Positions 18,526-29,347 of a stretch of DNA of 64,000 nucleotides are shown here, piece by piece. The stretch is from NCBI GenBank assembly GCA_047947115.1, contig CP170459.1, positions 3,808,001-3,872,000 on the forward strand, given 5' to 3'. Every line of letters begins with the position of its first letter. Positions within the stretch are counted from its first letter, which is position 1. The DNA is from Verrucomicrobiota bacterium. GTDB taxonomy: Bacteria > Verrucomicrobiota > Verrucomicrobiia > Limisphaerales > AAA164-E04. A model generated the notes under the pieces. That model searched no databases. It was not told where the DNA came from and saw nothing but the letters and a program-made list of their open reading frames with translations. Position numbers and translations under genes: made by a program.

Positions 18526-20540
18526 GATGCCCCTCCTGTGGTTGATGGTTGGACTTTTTTCAGGAAGGCGGTTTGAGCAACGGTCCCGGGACCGGTCATC
18601 ATCAGCCAACTTTCAACCAGGAGGAACAACAGCATCAGGAACAGGAACACCCTCCAGATTTCACCCTGCAGTTTGGTGTCGCCCTGACCCGCTTTGTCCT
18701 GAAACATCTGGAAGTTTTGACCTTCGAAAAGGGGTTCGACTTCTTCCTGAGTGGTGATTGCGAGGTCATATTCCGAAGCCGGTGTGTTGACCGCTGCCAA
18801 TCGGTCACCCAAGCGGTAAACTCCCGCATGCCAGGCCATCTGGTGTTCGGATCCTTCTTCGACCGGCTGCCAGCCTGCTTCCAGATCGATTTCGCTGATC
18901 TCGCCGCAGGTCCAGTAAAGGGTGCTTTCCAATCGACGGGTTCCATCCTGGCTCATGCGTTGCAGCATGGGCAGCAGCACCGGGCCCTGATCGAGTCCCG
19001 ACCAGTCTCCGATGGGAAGTGTGGTGACGAAATAAATGGAACCTTGCCCGACCTTTTGGTGTACCAAAAGCGGTTCCCCGTCCGAGAAAGCGGCCACGAC
19101 GCTGTCGTTATGTTGGAGTCGACGTCGTTTCAGGACTTCCAATTGATCCAATGGAATACTGAAACCCTCATTGGTATCCGCCAAAGGTCCGGTGTCCTTT
19201 TCCCATCTGCCGACGACAAAAGTTCCAAAATTCGGCGCCGTCTCCAGATCCATCCAACGAACTCCCGCGAAGGTGGTTTCACTGTTGTTGGGGAAATAAT
19301 CGGGGAAACAGACGACCACGCCCCCTTCGGTGGCGAACTGCATCAGCTGGGTCGCTTGCTCTCCTTTGGGTAGTTCTCCCTGCCAGGTGATCAATGAAAT
19401 GTCTGAAGTTTGCAGCGTGTTTCCGCCTGGCAGGCTGCTTAGTTCTGCGGGTAAGAGATTACCGCCTTCGATGCGACCGGCTGCAAGTGAAAGCACATTG
19501 CCAATGTAAGTATGGCCGGCGAAGGCGAGCGCTTGATGTGACAATGCTTTGCCATAAACAAAATGGAGTGCGTTGTTGCGGGCGTTGCCGTCGGCGGGAA
19601 GCGTCAGCGATCCCCAACCGGCGTCCTGCACTGCGCCCAGATCCCATTGATCCTGCCAGCGGACCTGAGCCGCTTCCATGGGGATTTCGACTCCGGCGGA
19701 AAGACCGTTGATGGTTCGGGTGGCAATCAGTGTTTCTTCGGCGAGTTGGGATTGGGTGACATCCGTGACCAGTCTCAGCGTTCTGCCTTTCTCGGAAGTC
19801 GTGATTTTAAGATCAGCCAATTGCAAACCGACATCCTGTTCTGTTTGCTCGTTGACCGCCAGCAGTCGGAATCTGAGCGATTGCGGCAGGTTCTCAAATT
19901 GTTTCATCAGTGAACCCCAGCGGTCGTCGCTCGGTTGCCAATTGGAACGTTGCAGGTCGGAAGCAATCCAGATTTCGGTCGTTCCCGCCTGGTTGTCGAT
20001 CAGCCATTGAAGGGACCGTTGCAGGAGGGACGGGATATTCGCCGAAGTATCGGTGGGTTCGGCCATGGCGTGTTCCTTGAGCTCCTCCATGTTGGTCACG
20101 GTCTGAGCTGAGGAAGAGGCGCTGTCAATCAACACGAAATGAGAATGCCCGATGTAGGCGGTGGCGGCTTGTTCCAATAGTTCCAATGCTTGTTCTCGCC
20201 TCGATAAAGATGTGGCCGCAAGACGGGTTTCCATGCTCGATGATCGGTCCAACAGGATCAAGACCGTGTCGGGTGCTGAAGCAAAAGCCCATCCCATCCA
20301 ACCGCCGGACAGGGGGCGAGCCAGGAATAAAATCAACATCAACACGGCAAGGGTGCGGAAAAGCAGAATCAGAAACTGCTTGAGCTTGGCTTTGCTGACT
20401 GAGCTGCGTGATGCAGCCACCAGAAACCGCATGGCCGCCCATTGCTGGGTGCGATGTCGCAATCTGTTCAACAAATGAATCACCACCGGCACCAGTATCA
20501 GGGGCAATCCAAAGAGCAGTATGGGCTGGAGAAATGTCAT
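18522..20540 (-). CDS. BatA-domain / vWA membrane protein
   Basis: MTFLQP...PVVIHLLNR.R...WAAMRFL BatA N-terminus. DRSSSM and SDLQ vWA motifs. C-terminal TM. Confidence 0.85.
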   Translation of the reverse strand: MTFLQPILLFGLPLILVPVVIHLLNRLRHRTQQWAAMRFLVAASRSSVSKAKLKQFLILLFRTLAVLMLILFLARPLSGGWMGWAFASAPDTVLILLDRSSSMETRLAATSLSRREQALELLEQAATAYIGHSHFVLIDSASSSAQTVTNMEELKEHAMAEPTDTSANIPSLLQRSLQWLIDNQAGTTEIWIASDLQRSNWQPSDDRWGSLMKQFENLPQSLRFRLLAVNEQTEQDVGLQLADLKITTSEKGRTLRLVTDVTQSQLAEETLIATRTINGLSAGVEIPMEAAQVRWQDQWDLGAVQDAGWGSLTLPADGNARNNALHFVYGKALSHQALAFAGHTYIGNVLSLAAGRIEGGNLLPAELSSLPGGNTLQTSDISLITWQGELPKGEQATQLMQFATEGGVVVCFPDYFPNNSETTFAGVRWMDLETAPNFGTFVVGRWEKDTGPLADTNEGFSIPLDQLEVLKRRRLQHNDSVVAAFSDGEPLLVHQKVGQGSIYFVTTLPIGDWSGLDQGPVLLPMLQRMSQDGTRRLESTLYWTCGEISEIDLEAGWQPVEEGSEHQMAWHAGVYRLGDRLAAVNTPASEYDLAITTQEEVEPLFEGQNFQMFQDKAGQGDTKLQGEIWRVFLFLMLLFLLVESWLMMTGPGTVAQTAFLKKVQPSTTGGAS

Positions 20541-20587
20541 GCGCGCTGGCTGGTCCGGTCAGGTTGATGGTTCGATGACTCCTCCAT

Positions 20588-21502
20588 TTAACGGAAATTC
20601 AGGGCTTTGGCTCGGTCGATCAGGAAATCCGCCAGCACTTTGTCGAAGGGTTGCGTTGTCATTATCTCGCGATAATCGCTGTTGCATTCATGACACCCTC
20701 GTTGAAGGGCTTCCTGGAAATGGCGGAATTGTTCCAGATAGGCATCCCGCACCATGGCCGGTTCGGTGACCATGCTGAAACTGCTTTCCAGGTCGGCAAA
20801 GCGTATGGGGCGGTCGAAATTGAAATCGAGTTCCTGTCGATCCAATATGTGGAAGACCCCGACGTCGTGTTTTTGGAAACGCAGGTGCTGCAATCCGTTG
20901 ATCAGTGGATCAATGTCGGTGAAACAATCGGAAAAAATCAGAACCAACGCCCGTCGACGCGCCTTTTCGGCCAATTCATGCAGGGTTTCTGCCAGACCTG
21001 TTTCACCCTTGCCTTTCACCTCTGTCAGCAGGTTCAACATCAATTGAAGGTGCGAAGGCGTTCGTTTGGGGGGCAACTCGGTGATCACCTTGGGACCGAC
21101 CGTCACCAATCCGGCAGCATCTCCCTGCTGGATGAGTTGATAGGCCAGGTGGGCAATGAGCTTGATGGCGTAATCCAGCTTGCTTGTGTCTCCACTGGAG
21201 AAATTCATCGAACCGCTGCAATCCAGCACAAAATAACAACGCAGGTTGGTTTCTGCTTCGAATTCCTTGAGGTAATAACGGTCCGTTCGACCAAGCACCC
21301 TCCAGTCCAGGCGACGCAAATCGTCGCCGGGAACGTATTGACGGTATTCAGCGAATTCAACACTGGAACCGCGGTGCGGGCTGCGATGCATGCCTGATAC
21401 GGAGCCTTCCATGGCAAACCTTGCGACCAAAGGCTGCGCCGAGAGTCGAGCTGCCACTTTGGAATCGATCAATCCGCTGTGTTTGGATTCGTTTTCTGCC
21501 AT
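20588..21502 (-). CDS. DUF58 domain protein
   Basis: GMHRSPHRGSSVEFAEYRQYVPGDDLRRLDWR and DCSGSM motifs. Confidence 0.93.
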   Translation of the reverse strand: MAENESKHSGLIDSKVAARLSAQPLVARFAMEGSVSGMHRSPHRGSSVEFAEYRQYVPGDDLRRLDWRVLGRTDRYYLKEFEAETNLRCYFVLDCSGSMNFSSGDTSKLDYAIKLIAHLAYQLIQQGDAAGLVTVGPKVITELPPKRTPSHLQLMLNLLTEVKGKGETGLAETLHELAEKARRRALVLIFSDCFTDIDPLINGLQHLRFQKHDVGVFHILDRQELDFNFDRPIRFADLESSFSMVTEPAMVRDAYLEQFRHFQEALQRGCHECNSDYREIMTTQPFDKVLADFLIDRAKALNFR

Positions 21503-21572
21503 GAATTGTTTTTTATCCTGTCCCGCTGATATATTTTCTACTTCCGGATCATCCCCGAGAACGGAGAGGTGA

Positions 21573-22607
21573 TCAGGCCTTGTCCCGTTGAAGTTGAACC
21601 AGTTGTTCGATCACGGATCGACTGGTTGTCCCTTCCGCCTGGGCTTGGAAATTGGTCAGGATACGATGAGCCAGAACGGGTTCGGCCACCGCCTCAAGAT
21701 CTTCCAGGCGGGCCATGTAACTGCCCTGCAGCACCGCGCGAGCCTTGGCGCCCCGAATAAGATATTGAATGGCGCGTGGGCCGGCTCCCCAGGTGACCCA
21801 TTGTTTGACAAAAGAAGGGGCCTCATCGGTGTTGGGACGTGTTTGTCGCACCATTTCCACGGCGGTGTCGTAAATATGATCCGGCACCGGCACTCGCTGC
21901 ACCACGTCCTGAAACTTGAGGACTTCCTCCCCGTTGATGAGTTTCCTTAGTGTTGGGGCCGATTTAGCGGTGGTTTCGCGGGCGATGCGCTTTTCTTCCT
22001 CGGCACTGGGATAATCCACATTGATGAAAAACATGAATCGATCCAACTGCGCTTCAGGCAACGGATACGTGCCCTCCTGTTCAATGGGGTTCTGGGTGGC
22101 CAGAACGAAGAAAGGGGAAGGCAGGGTGTAAATGCGTCCAGCCGCCGTCACGCGATGCTCCTGCATGGCTTCCAGCAGCGCGGACTGGGTCTTGGGAGGT
22201 GTGCGGTTGATTTCGTCCGCCAAAACGATGTTGGCGAAAACAGGGCCTTTGGTGAACACGAAAGCGCGTTTGCCGGGTTGATCGGTCTCCTGGAGGATGT
22301 CTGTGCCGGTAATATCACTGGGCATCAGATCCGGTGTGAACTGGATGCGACTGAAATCCAGTGACATCACCTGTGACAAGGCATTGATAATGGTTGTTTT
22401 AGCCAGGCCGGGAACCCCCATCAGAAGCGCGTGACCACGGGCCAGAATGCAGATGAGCAAGCGCTCGATAACGTCCTGTTGTCCAATGATCGCCTTGCTG
22501 AGTTCGTCGCGCATCTGTTGGTACAGATCTCGCAAGTGATTAATGGCTTCCAAGTCGCCTTCACTGGGCTTGCCTACCTGGTCAAGATTTTTAGGGTCCG
22601 TGCTCAT
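21573..22607 (-). CDS. moxR: MoxR-family AAA+ ATPase
   Basis: GVPGLAKT (Walker A), RIQFTPDLMPSD, LADEINR (Walker B) and ATQNPIEQEGTYPLPEAQLDRF. Confidence 0.95.
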   Translation of the reverse strand: MSTDPKNLDQVGKPSEGDLEAINHLRDLYQQMRDELSKAIIGQQDVIERLLICILARGHALLMGVPGLAKTTIINALSQVMSLDFSRIQFTPDLMPSDITGTDILQETDQPGKRAFVFTKGPVFANIVLADEINRTPPKTQSALLEAMQEHRVTAAGRIYTLPSPFFVLATQNPIEQEGTYPLPEAQLDRFMFFINVDYPSAEEEKRIARETTAKSAPTLRKLINGEEVLKFQDVVQRVPVPDHIYDTAVEMVRQTRPNTDEAPSFVKQWVTWGAGPRAIQYLIRGAKARAVLQGSYMARLEDLEAVAEPVLAHRILTNFQAQAEGTTSRSVIEQLVQLQRDKA

Positions 22608-22706
22608 GAGATAGTCCGACTAATCAAGAGGAGGTTGAGGTTCAGGTCAATCACGTAATTTTGGCCATTGACGGTTTGGTGATTTGTCCTGTTTGATTCT
22701 CTGGCA

Positions 22707-24275
22707 ATGACGCAGAAAATTCAACGTGCTCTCATTTCCGTATCCGACAAAACAGGACTGGTTCCTTTTGCCAAGAAATTATCCGAAGCAGGGGTGGCCT
22801 TAATCTCGACAGGCGGCACCGCCAAAGCCATCCGCGATGCCGGAATGGTTGTGACGGATCTCAGTGATTACACCGGTTTTCCGGAAATGCTGGATGGAAG
22901 GGTCAAAACCCTGCACCCCAAAGTACACGGTGGCCTGCTCTACTTGCGCGAGAATGAAACCCATTGTCAGACCGTATCCGAACACGGCATCGACCCCATC
23001 GATCTGGTGGTGGTCAATCTCTATCCCTTCGAAGCCACCATCGCCAAGCCCGATGTCAGCCTGGAAGAAGCCATAGAAAACATCGACATCGGGGGGCCTT
23101 CGATGTTACGCAGCGCGGCCAAAAACCATCAGAGCGTCACCGTTGTGGTGGATCCTTCCGATTATGATAAAGTTGCTGACCAAGTCACGGAGCTGGGTGG
23201 AACCACACTGGAGTTTCGCCGAGGTTTGGCCGCAAAGGTGTACGCCCGGACTGCTGCCTATGATGCGGCCATTGCCAACCATTTGGCGCGAGAATTCGAG
23301 AAACTGGATGCTGACAGCGCCCAGGCCAGCGCCACTCCTTCCAATATTCATCTGCACATTCCAAAAGGTCAGGAATTGCGATATGGCGAGAACCCTCACC
23401 AGGCCGCTGCTCTTTATGGTGATTTTCAGGAGTATTTTCAGCAATTGCACGGGAAAGCGCTTTCTTACAACAATATCCTTGATCTGACCGCTGCCCAGAG
23501 TCTGATCGCCGAATTTGAAGGTCAAACTCCGACACTCGCCATTCTGAAACACACAAACCCTTGCGGCGTCGGGCAGGGCAGCCAACTGGCCGAGGCCTGG
23601 GAAAAGGCTTTCGCGACCGATCAACAGGCCCCATTCGGGGGGATTATCGCTTCCAATGTGGAAATGGACGGTCCTTGTGCCGAAGCCATTGCTGGCATTT
23701 TTAGTGAAGTCATCGTAGCCCCGTCATTCAATGCCGATGCTCTTGGGATTTTGCAGAAGAAAAAGAACCTGCGATTGATGAAGGCCAAACAGTCACAGAT
23801 CAGTTCCGGCTGGCAGATCCGAGCAGTCGGTGCCGGATCTTTTCTTGCACAGGCTTTTGATCTGAAAATGGTCGGGAAAACCGATCTTAAAGTCGTGACC
23901 GAACGCGCTCCCAGTGAGGACGAACTCAATGCCATGTTGTTTGGCTGGCGAGTGGTGAAGCATGTGAAATCGAATGCCATCGTTTACACAGCTAAAGACC
24001 GCACCTTGGGTGTCGGCGCCGGGCAGATGAGTCGAGTGGATTCCAGCCGGATCGCCGTTTGGAAAGCAGGTGAGGCCAAGTTGAGTCTGCAGGGAAGCGT
24101 GGTTTGCAGTGATGCTTTTTTCCCGTTCCCGGATGGACTCATCGCCGCCGCGGAAGCCGGTGCCACAGCCGCCATCCAACCCGGTGGATCGGTGAGGGAC
24201 GAAGAAGTTATTGCTGCCGCCAACGAGCGCGGTGTGGCAATGGTGTTCACCGGGAACCGGCATTTCCGGCATTGA
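22707..24275 (+). CDS. purH: Bifunctional AICAR transformylase/IMP cyclohydrolase
   Basis: [41 protein letters not shown] and terminal RHFRH. Confidence 0.98.
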   Translation: MTQKIQRALISVSDKTGLVPFAKKLSEAGVALISTGGTAKAIRDAGMVVTDLSDYTGFPEMLDGRVKTLHPKVHGGLLYLRENETHCQTVSEHGIDPIDLVVVNLYPFEATIAKPDVSLEEAIENIDIGGPSMLRSAAKNHQSVTVVVDPSDYDKVADQVTELGGTTLEFRRGLAAKVYARTAAYDAAIANHLAREFEKLDADSAQASATPSNIHLHIPKGQELRYGENPHQAAALYGDFQEYFQQLHGKALSYNNILDLTAAQSLIAEFEGQTPTLAILKHTNPCGVGQGSQLAEAWEKAFATDQQAPFGGIIASNVEMDGPCAEAIAGIFSEVIVAPSFNADALGILQKKKNLRLMKAKQSQISSGWQIRAVGAGSFLAQAFDLKMVGKTDLKVVTERAPSEDELNAMLFGWRVVKHVKSNAIVYTAKDRTLGVGAGQMSRVDSSRIAVWKAGEAKLSLQGSVVCSDAFFPFPDGLIAAAEAGATAAIQPGGSVRDEEVIAAANERGVAMVFTGNRHFRH

Positions 24276-24396
24276 TTCCTGGTTTTCATCAGCAATGGAG
24301 GGGCAAATACCGTTTTGCCCCCATTTCAGACCTCTTGGCTTGGGCTACTGGAAATACTGCGATGGATACACCATAACTCGTCTTTCCCGAAAAAAT

Positions 24397-24429
24397 AAGC
24401 GCATCAGTCTTCAGGACTGATGCGCTTTT
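24397..24429. terminator. Bidirectional Rho-independent terminator between convergent genes
   Basis: Perfect 13-bp stem AAGCGCATCAGTC-TTCAG-GACTGATGCGCTT, with an A-tract before and a T-tract after. Confidence 0.85.
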
Positions 24430-24448
24430 GTGTGAAATCAAGTTGGGC

Positions 24449-25297
24449 TCAGGGTTTGAAACCGATGTTGCGCCATTTTTCTTCGAACTGGGCCTGGCGT
24501 TTGTGGGTGTAGCCGTATTTCATAAACCAAATGTCCTGTTTGTCCTGATCTGATGTGGCCGTCACGCCAAACTTGGAACCGCGGGGCGATGCTTTGGAAG
24601 CCTCGAGCATGCCTTCGCCTTTCCACTTGTGACTGTCCGCGTGGCCGTCCGCGAAGCTCAGTGTACTGATGTTAATATGCCAAAGTGCCACGGCATCCAC
24701 CCATGTAAACACTGCCGGATCAGGGTTGATGAGCCATGAACCAAGGTTCCAGCCCCGGTTGTCAGCTTCCTCAACGAAAACATAACTGCGTGAAGGAAAA
24801 ATGATGGCATCCATTTTCTGGATTGAATTGGCAGAATCTTCACCATCCAAACCACCGGCGCCGCCGTAGCTGTCATAGGCCCAGCCTTGCCCTGGCTTGA
24901 GTTTGGTCCTGCCGTCACCCGGACAATGCCACGAACCAACCGCCGAGGCGTAAGGGAATAATTTGCCTTGGCGCAATCCTTCATGTGCTTCGGCGAGCGC
25001 TTTGGCCTGTCCGGTTAATGTTTTGTCCTGAACGGGCTTGGGACCTGTCCAGAAATCACGACCCTGCCGGTAGGTGCTCATGCCGACGACACGTTCCTCG
25101 TTGTCCCCGGCATACATGAAAAATGCGAGACCGAGTTGTTTTTGGTTGCCCAGACACGCGGCACCGGTGGCCTTGTTTTTGGCCTTGCCCAGTGCGGGTA
25201 AAAGCATGCCTGCAAGAATGGCGATGATGGCAATCACCACCAGCAGTTCAATCAGGGTGAATCCTGAACGATCAAGAGTTCGGTTTGAGAGTCTCAT
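24449..25297 (-). CDS. Prepilin-type N-terminal cleavage/methylation protein with H-X9-DG motif
   Basis: [30 protein letters not shown] and [11 protein letters not shown] motifs. Start trimmed to ATG 25297. Confidence 0.9.
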   Translation of the reverse strand: MRLSNRTLDRSGFTLIELLVVIAIIAILAGMLLPALGKAKNKATGAACLGNQKQLGLAFFMYAGDNEERVVGMSTYRQGRDFWTGPKPVQDKTLTGQAKALAEAHEGLRQGKLFPYASAVGSWHCPGDGRTKLKPGQGWAYDSYGGAGGLDGEDSANSIQKMDAIIFPSRSYVFVEEADNRGWNLGSWLINPDPAVFTWVDAVALWHINISTLSFADGHADSHKWKGEGMLEASKASPRGSKFGVTATSDQDKQDIWFMKYGYTHKRQAQFEEKWRNIGFKP

Positions 25298-25365
25298 GGG
25301 ATGTATCTTTGTTAAAGTATTGCTGCCGGTTGTCAAGTTTTCGGAACGGAAAGATTCGAAGGCCA

Positions 25366-25815
25366 TTACACACCCGTCTCCATATGACACCATGGTTTTT
25401 CCGTGGATACATCCACCATGGCCGGGTCGTCTGCTTTGGCGGGTGAGAGTATTGCCAGGAAGACCAGGCGTTCGTCGAAAGGATTATACGTTCCATGAAC
25501 CTCGCCCATGGGAATAAAGGCTGTATCTCCTGGGTTGAGAATACGCTTTTCCTTACCAACCCATTGTTCTGCTTTTCCGCTGAGGACGTAAATCAATTCC
25601 TCCCTGGTCGGATGGTGGTGAAATGGATGGCATTTGCCTGGTTCCATGTTTGCGCGGACCATGAGAAGATGCTCGTTGTTGACGATGTCTTCACGGCAGA
25701 GCCACTCATCGAGTGTCCATGGGGAGGGCACATCCACTTTCTCCGAGACGGAAACAAAGCGCCGTTTGCTGACTTCCTGATTCAAAGGGATATCTCCGTG
25801 TTGATTCTTGTTCAC
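25366..25815 (-). CDS. Cupin domain protein
   Basis: [18 protein letters not shown] and [14 protein letters not shown] cupin motifs. Confidence 0.88.
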   Translation of the reverse strand: MNKNQHGDIPLNQEVSKRRFVSVSEKVDVPSPWTLDEWLCREDIVNNEHLLMVRANMEPGKCHPFHHHPTREELIYVLSGKAEQWVGKEKRILNPGDTAFIPMGEVHGTYNPFDERLVFLAILSPAKADDPAMVDVSTEKPWCHMETGV

Positions 25816-25837
25816 ATCATGTAGTGTACCATTTGGG

Positions 25838-27799
25838 TTATTCTCTCAAGTTGGCGAGAAATTCGATCAGATCCCGGAATTCTGCTTTGCTTAAAACGTA
25901 TCGCAAATGATTCGGCATCGGGGATAGCCCCAATTCACGTGATCGAATATCTGATTTTCGAAGCGTCACGGGACCATCTTCCGGAGAAGTCAGCTCAACA
26001 ATTTCCGACGTTTCCCTTTTGAGCAAGCCTGCGAAAGCCTTTCCGTCGTTCATGGTCACCAGAAGGTTTTCATATCCGGGTGCAATCGCCTTATTGGGGA
26101 GTAGTAGAGCTTCCAGCAGATAGGTGCGATCGCGCTGGGATCCGATGGTGGCAAGGTTGGGACCCACCCCATCCCCCTCCAGTATGCCGTCGGTGATGGC
26201 TCCAGCCTGATGGCATCTGGAGCAGGATGCCTCAATTTTCTCGAGGAAGATGCTTTTACCTCGGTCTGCGTTGCCGCCTTCCAGGCAATCGTTATAGAAC
26301 CGCAATAATGCTTCATCGGAAAGTTCCGCTCCAGGTGTGTTGACCAATGGCTTGCCAGGGGAAGCAGGAATATGTTCGATACGGACAATTTGTGCATCCT
26401 TATTGTTTTCCCAGCCGGTTCCAAATTCGATGATATAAAGGGCTCCATCGGGACCCAATTCCATTTCTGCCGGCCGCTTTAGTTTGATATCAGGCGCGAA
26501 CGGTTCCAAACTCGGAGCGCCCTGTTCATCCGTGCGCACCGCCAGGATCCATCCGCGCTCCCATTCGTAGATAAACTGAACGCCGTCATATAGCGGCGGG
26601 AGTTTACGTTCCGATTCCAATTCAGCCTGATAATGATAAAACGGTCCGGCACAAGCGGTGCGTCCGCCACTGGCTGCGAGTGGAAATCGAATCGAAGGTG
26701 CGTATGGATACCAGATCCAGGCTGGGCGAGCGGGAGGAAGTTGAACCGGTCCAGTGTTCTGGGGGGAGTGGTTCTTGGGGCTGTTGACATCCTGTGCCGG
26801 ACCTGATGACCGGGTGTCAAAGTCGTATTGACGATAGGGTTTGTTGTCAGCGATCACGAAAGGCCAACCGAAGTTGCCGGCGGTTCGTGTGCGATTGATC
26901 TCATCGAATCCTGCGGGGCCGCGATTCGCATCGAGCTCGCGAGCGTCTGGCCCCACTTCGCCCCAACTGAGTGTTCCGGTCTCTTTGTCGATGGCGATGC
27001 GAAAAGGGTTACGGCATCCCATGACGTAAATTTCCGGTTTGGTGTTCGGTGTGCCAGGGGGAAACAGGTTCCCTTCTGGTATGGTGTAGGAGCCGTCTGG
27101 ATCGGGATGGATGCGCAGAATTTTTCCTCGTAGATCGTTGGCGTTACCGGCGGACCGTGCAGCGTCCCAAGGGTAGCGCCCATCACGGTAGTCCGTTGGA
27201 TTGTATCCGCTGGAAGCAAAGGGATTGGTATTGTCCCCGGTGGAGATGAAGAGATTGCCTTCGGCATCGAATGCAAGGGAGCCGGCCTCATGGCAACAGA
27301 CTTCACGTTGCACCGGGACCCGCAGCACGATTTTTTCCGAACCGAGATCGAGTGTGTCGCCTTTGAGCGTAAATCGGGAGACCCGGTTTTCGGGCACATC
27401 CCCCGCAGGGGAATAGTAGAGGTAGATCCATCCGGTTTTTTCGAATTCAGGAGCCAAGGTCAGTCCGATCAGGCCGGATTCCCAACTGCCATGATCCGGT
27501 CCCTGGGTGCTGCCCGGATTCAGGTTGCCGTGTACGTCCAATGTCGCAGCGAGCACGGTTCGTTGTGTGTCCGGTTTCCAGATTCGAACCTTGCCGAAGC
27601 GCTCCACAAAAAGCACACGACCATCGGGTAACACTTCGAGTTCCATGGGATTGTCGACATCGGTTTCCAATACGACTTTCCGGAACGTTGGAAGTGTTTC
27701 AGCTGAAGGCTGTGCCTTGAGGCTGGCCGCCCCAATGCAAAGCATGCCTGAACTTAAGATCAAACGTGTGTATAGATTGGCGAGTAAGGTTTGTTTCAT
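25838..27799 (-). CDS. PQQ-dependent sugar-dehydrogenase-like beta-propeller with C-terminal c-type heme domain
   Basis: CCHEAGSL, STGDNTNP, DLRGKILRI and GCRNPFR motifs. C-terminal CSRCH, GPNL and SPMP (PVC-type heme-binding domain). Confidence 0.85.
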   Translation of the reverse strand: MKQTLLANLYTRLILSSGMLCIGAASLKAQPSAETLPTFRKVVLETDVDNPMELEVLPDGRVLFVERFGKVRIWKPDTQRTVLAATLDVHGNLNPGSTQGPDHGSWESGLIGLTLAPEFEKTGWIYLYYSPAGDVPENRVSRFTLKGDTLDLGSEKIVLRVPVQREVCCHEAGSLAFDAEGNLFISTGDNTNPFASSGYNPTDYRDGRYPWDAARSAGNANDLRGKILRIHPDPDGSYTIPEGNLFPPGTPNTKPEIYVMGCRNPFRIAIDKETGTLSWGEVGPDARELDANRGPAGFDEINRTRTAGNFGWPFVIADNKPYRQYDFDTRSSGPAQDVNSPKNHSPQNTGPVQLPPARPAWIWYPYAPSIRFPLAASGGRTACAGPFYHYQAELESERKLPPLYDGVQFIYEWERGWILAVRTDEQGAPSLEPFAPDIKLKRPAEMELGPDGALYIIEFGTGWENNKDAQIVRIEHIPASPGKPLVNTPGAELSDEALLRFYNDCLEGGNADRGKSIFLEKIEASCSRCHQAGAITDGILEGDGVGPNLATIGSQRDRTYLLEALLLPNKAIAPGYENLLVTMNDGKAFAGLLKRETSEIVELTSPEDGPVTLRKSDIRSRELGLSPMPNHLRYVLSKAEFRDLIEFLANLRE

Positions 27800-27838
27800 G
27801 ATGACTGGTAGCGCTTGCGTGATACTATTTGCTATTAA

Positions 27839-27983
27839 CCGCAGATTGCACAGATTTTCGCAGATGTTTTAACAAAAGGCGGATTGTTTTTATCGGAATG
27901 TCCTTAGGTAAAGGTGACCGACAACCAAAACGCCATCATGGGCGTCATTTCATTATATCTGCGTTAATCTGTGCAATCTGCGG
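27839..27983. repeat. Intergenic 27-bp inverted-repeat element with 9-10 bp internal periodicity
   Basis: CCGCAGATTGCACAGATTTTCGCAGAT (27839-27865) pairs with ATCTGCGTTAATCTGTGCAATCTGCGG (27957-27983), 25/27 complementary. Confidence 0.85.
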
Positions 27984-28095
27984 CTTAAAATAAGCCAATG
28001 ACACTGATTTCAAAGTATGCTGTGAATATCAATACTGCGTCAAGTTTGCAGCAAGATGGTTATGAAGGATTGCGGAGGTTTCCTTTGACCTGAGG

Positions 28096-29310
28096 GTGAG
28101 TTGTGAGGAGTATGGCTTTATGCAACGCTCAAACGAAAACAGTAATGTACTTCATTTTATCTCACGAATGTTCCATTTCGTAAGGTTGATTGGTTTTCAA
28201 CTGTGGGTTCTGTTTGTTTGCTCATCGATGTGCCTTGGAAATGAATGGAATCTTCAATCACCGACAGATTTTCAGGTAGTGCAAAGAAACCAACTGCAGA
28301 GTGGGATGCTGCCTGTTGAAGGGGCCGTTGCCTGGTCCGCGGGTGGAGTTGGAAAACTGGAAATTCGTGTCAAGGATGCAAATCAAGGCCAATGGTCGCT
28401 GCTGGGCGATGTTGTCAGCGGTCATTCTTTTTCGTTTCTGCACCCGATGAAATCCGGAGGCTGGTACCGTCTTGAGTTGAGGATTGTTTCAAATGACCAA
28501 CTCGTGACTGACCATGTCATTGATCACGTCGGGGTGGGGGAGGTTTTCGTGGTTGCGGGCCAATCCAATTCCGCAAATCACGGTGAAGAAAAACAGAAAA
28601 CAACCACAGGCAGGGTGGCTTCCTTCGATGGGAAAAAAACTTGGCGCTTGTGTGAAGATCCCCAACCTGGCGCCAGTGGGCGAGGGGGAAGTTTTATGCC
28701 GCCTTTAGGGGATCTGCTTGCTCTTGAGTTGGAGGTTCCGGTGGGGTTCGTGGCTTGTGGTATCGGGGCGACAAGTGTGCGTGAATGGCTGCCTGAAGGT
28801 TTTCGTTTTCCAAACCCGCCGACATTGACCGGGCGTGTGAGACAACTCGACGATGGGCAATGGGCCAGTGATGGAAGGGCATACACCATGTTTCTTCAGT
28901 GCATGCAGGCCTTAGGCAAGCGCGGCTTCAGGTCTGTCCTTTGGCATCAAGGTGAAAGTGACGCCAACCAGAAGGATCCGACAAGAACGCTTTCGGGTTC
29001 CCTTTACCGGGATTACCTGAAAGCATTGATACAGTCTTCGCGCCGTGACATGGACTGGAACGTTCCGTGGTTCGTGGCACAGGTCAGTTATCATGTGCCG
29101 GGTGATGAAGCGTCACCCGATATCCGCGCCGCACAAGCCGCCCTGTGGCAGGATGGAACAGCCTTCCAGGGACCAGATTCCGATGCTTTGAAGGGAGTTT
29201 TGCGTGAAAACAATGGTCTGGGGGTTCATTTCAGCAGTGAAGGGTTGAAAGTGCACGCGAGTCGTTGGGCAGAGAAAATTCTTCCATGGATCGAGTCGTT
29301 GGAAGAGTGA
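28096..29310 (+). CDS. Sialate O-acetylesterase-like (SASA/SGNH) carbohydrate esterase
   Basis: VGVGEVFVVAGQSNS, LWHQGESD and GVHFS motifs. The true start may be slightly downstream. Confidence 0.85.
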   Translation: MSCEEYGFMQRSNENSNVLHFISRMFHFVRLIGFQLWVLFVCSSMCLGNEWNLQSPTDFQVVQRNQLQSGMLPVEGAVAWSAGGVGKLEIRVKDANQGQWSLLGDVVSGHSFSFLHPMKSGGWYRLELRIVSNDQLVTDHVIDHVGVGEVFVVAGQSNSANHGEEKQKTTTGRVASFDGKKTWRLCEDPQPGASGRGGSFMPPLGDLLALELEVPVGFVACGIGATSVREWLPEGFRFPNPPTLTGRVRQLDDGQWASDGRAYTMFLQCMQALGKRGFRSVLWHQGESDANQKDPTRTLSGSLYRDYLKALIQSSRRDMDWNVPWFVAQVSYHVPGDEASPDIRAAQAALWQDGTAFQGPDSDALKGVLRENNGLGVHFSSEGLKVHASRWAEKILPWIESLEE

Positions 29311-29347
29311 ATTCAAAAGGGGATTTAAAGATGAATACCCTTTACAT

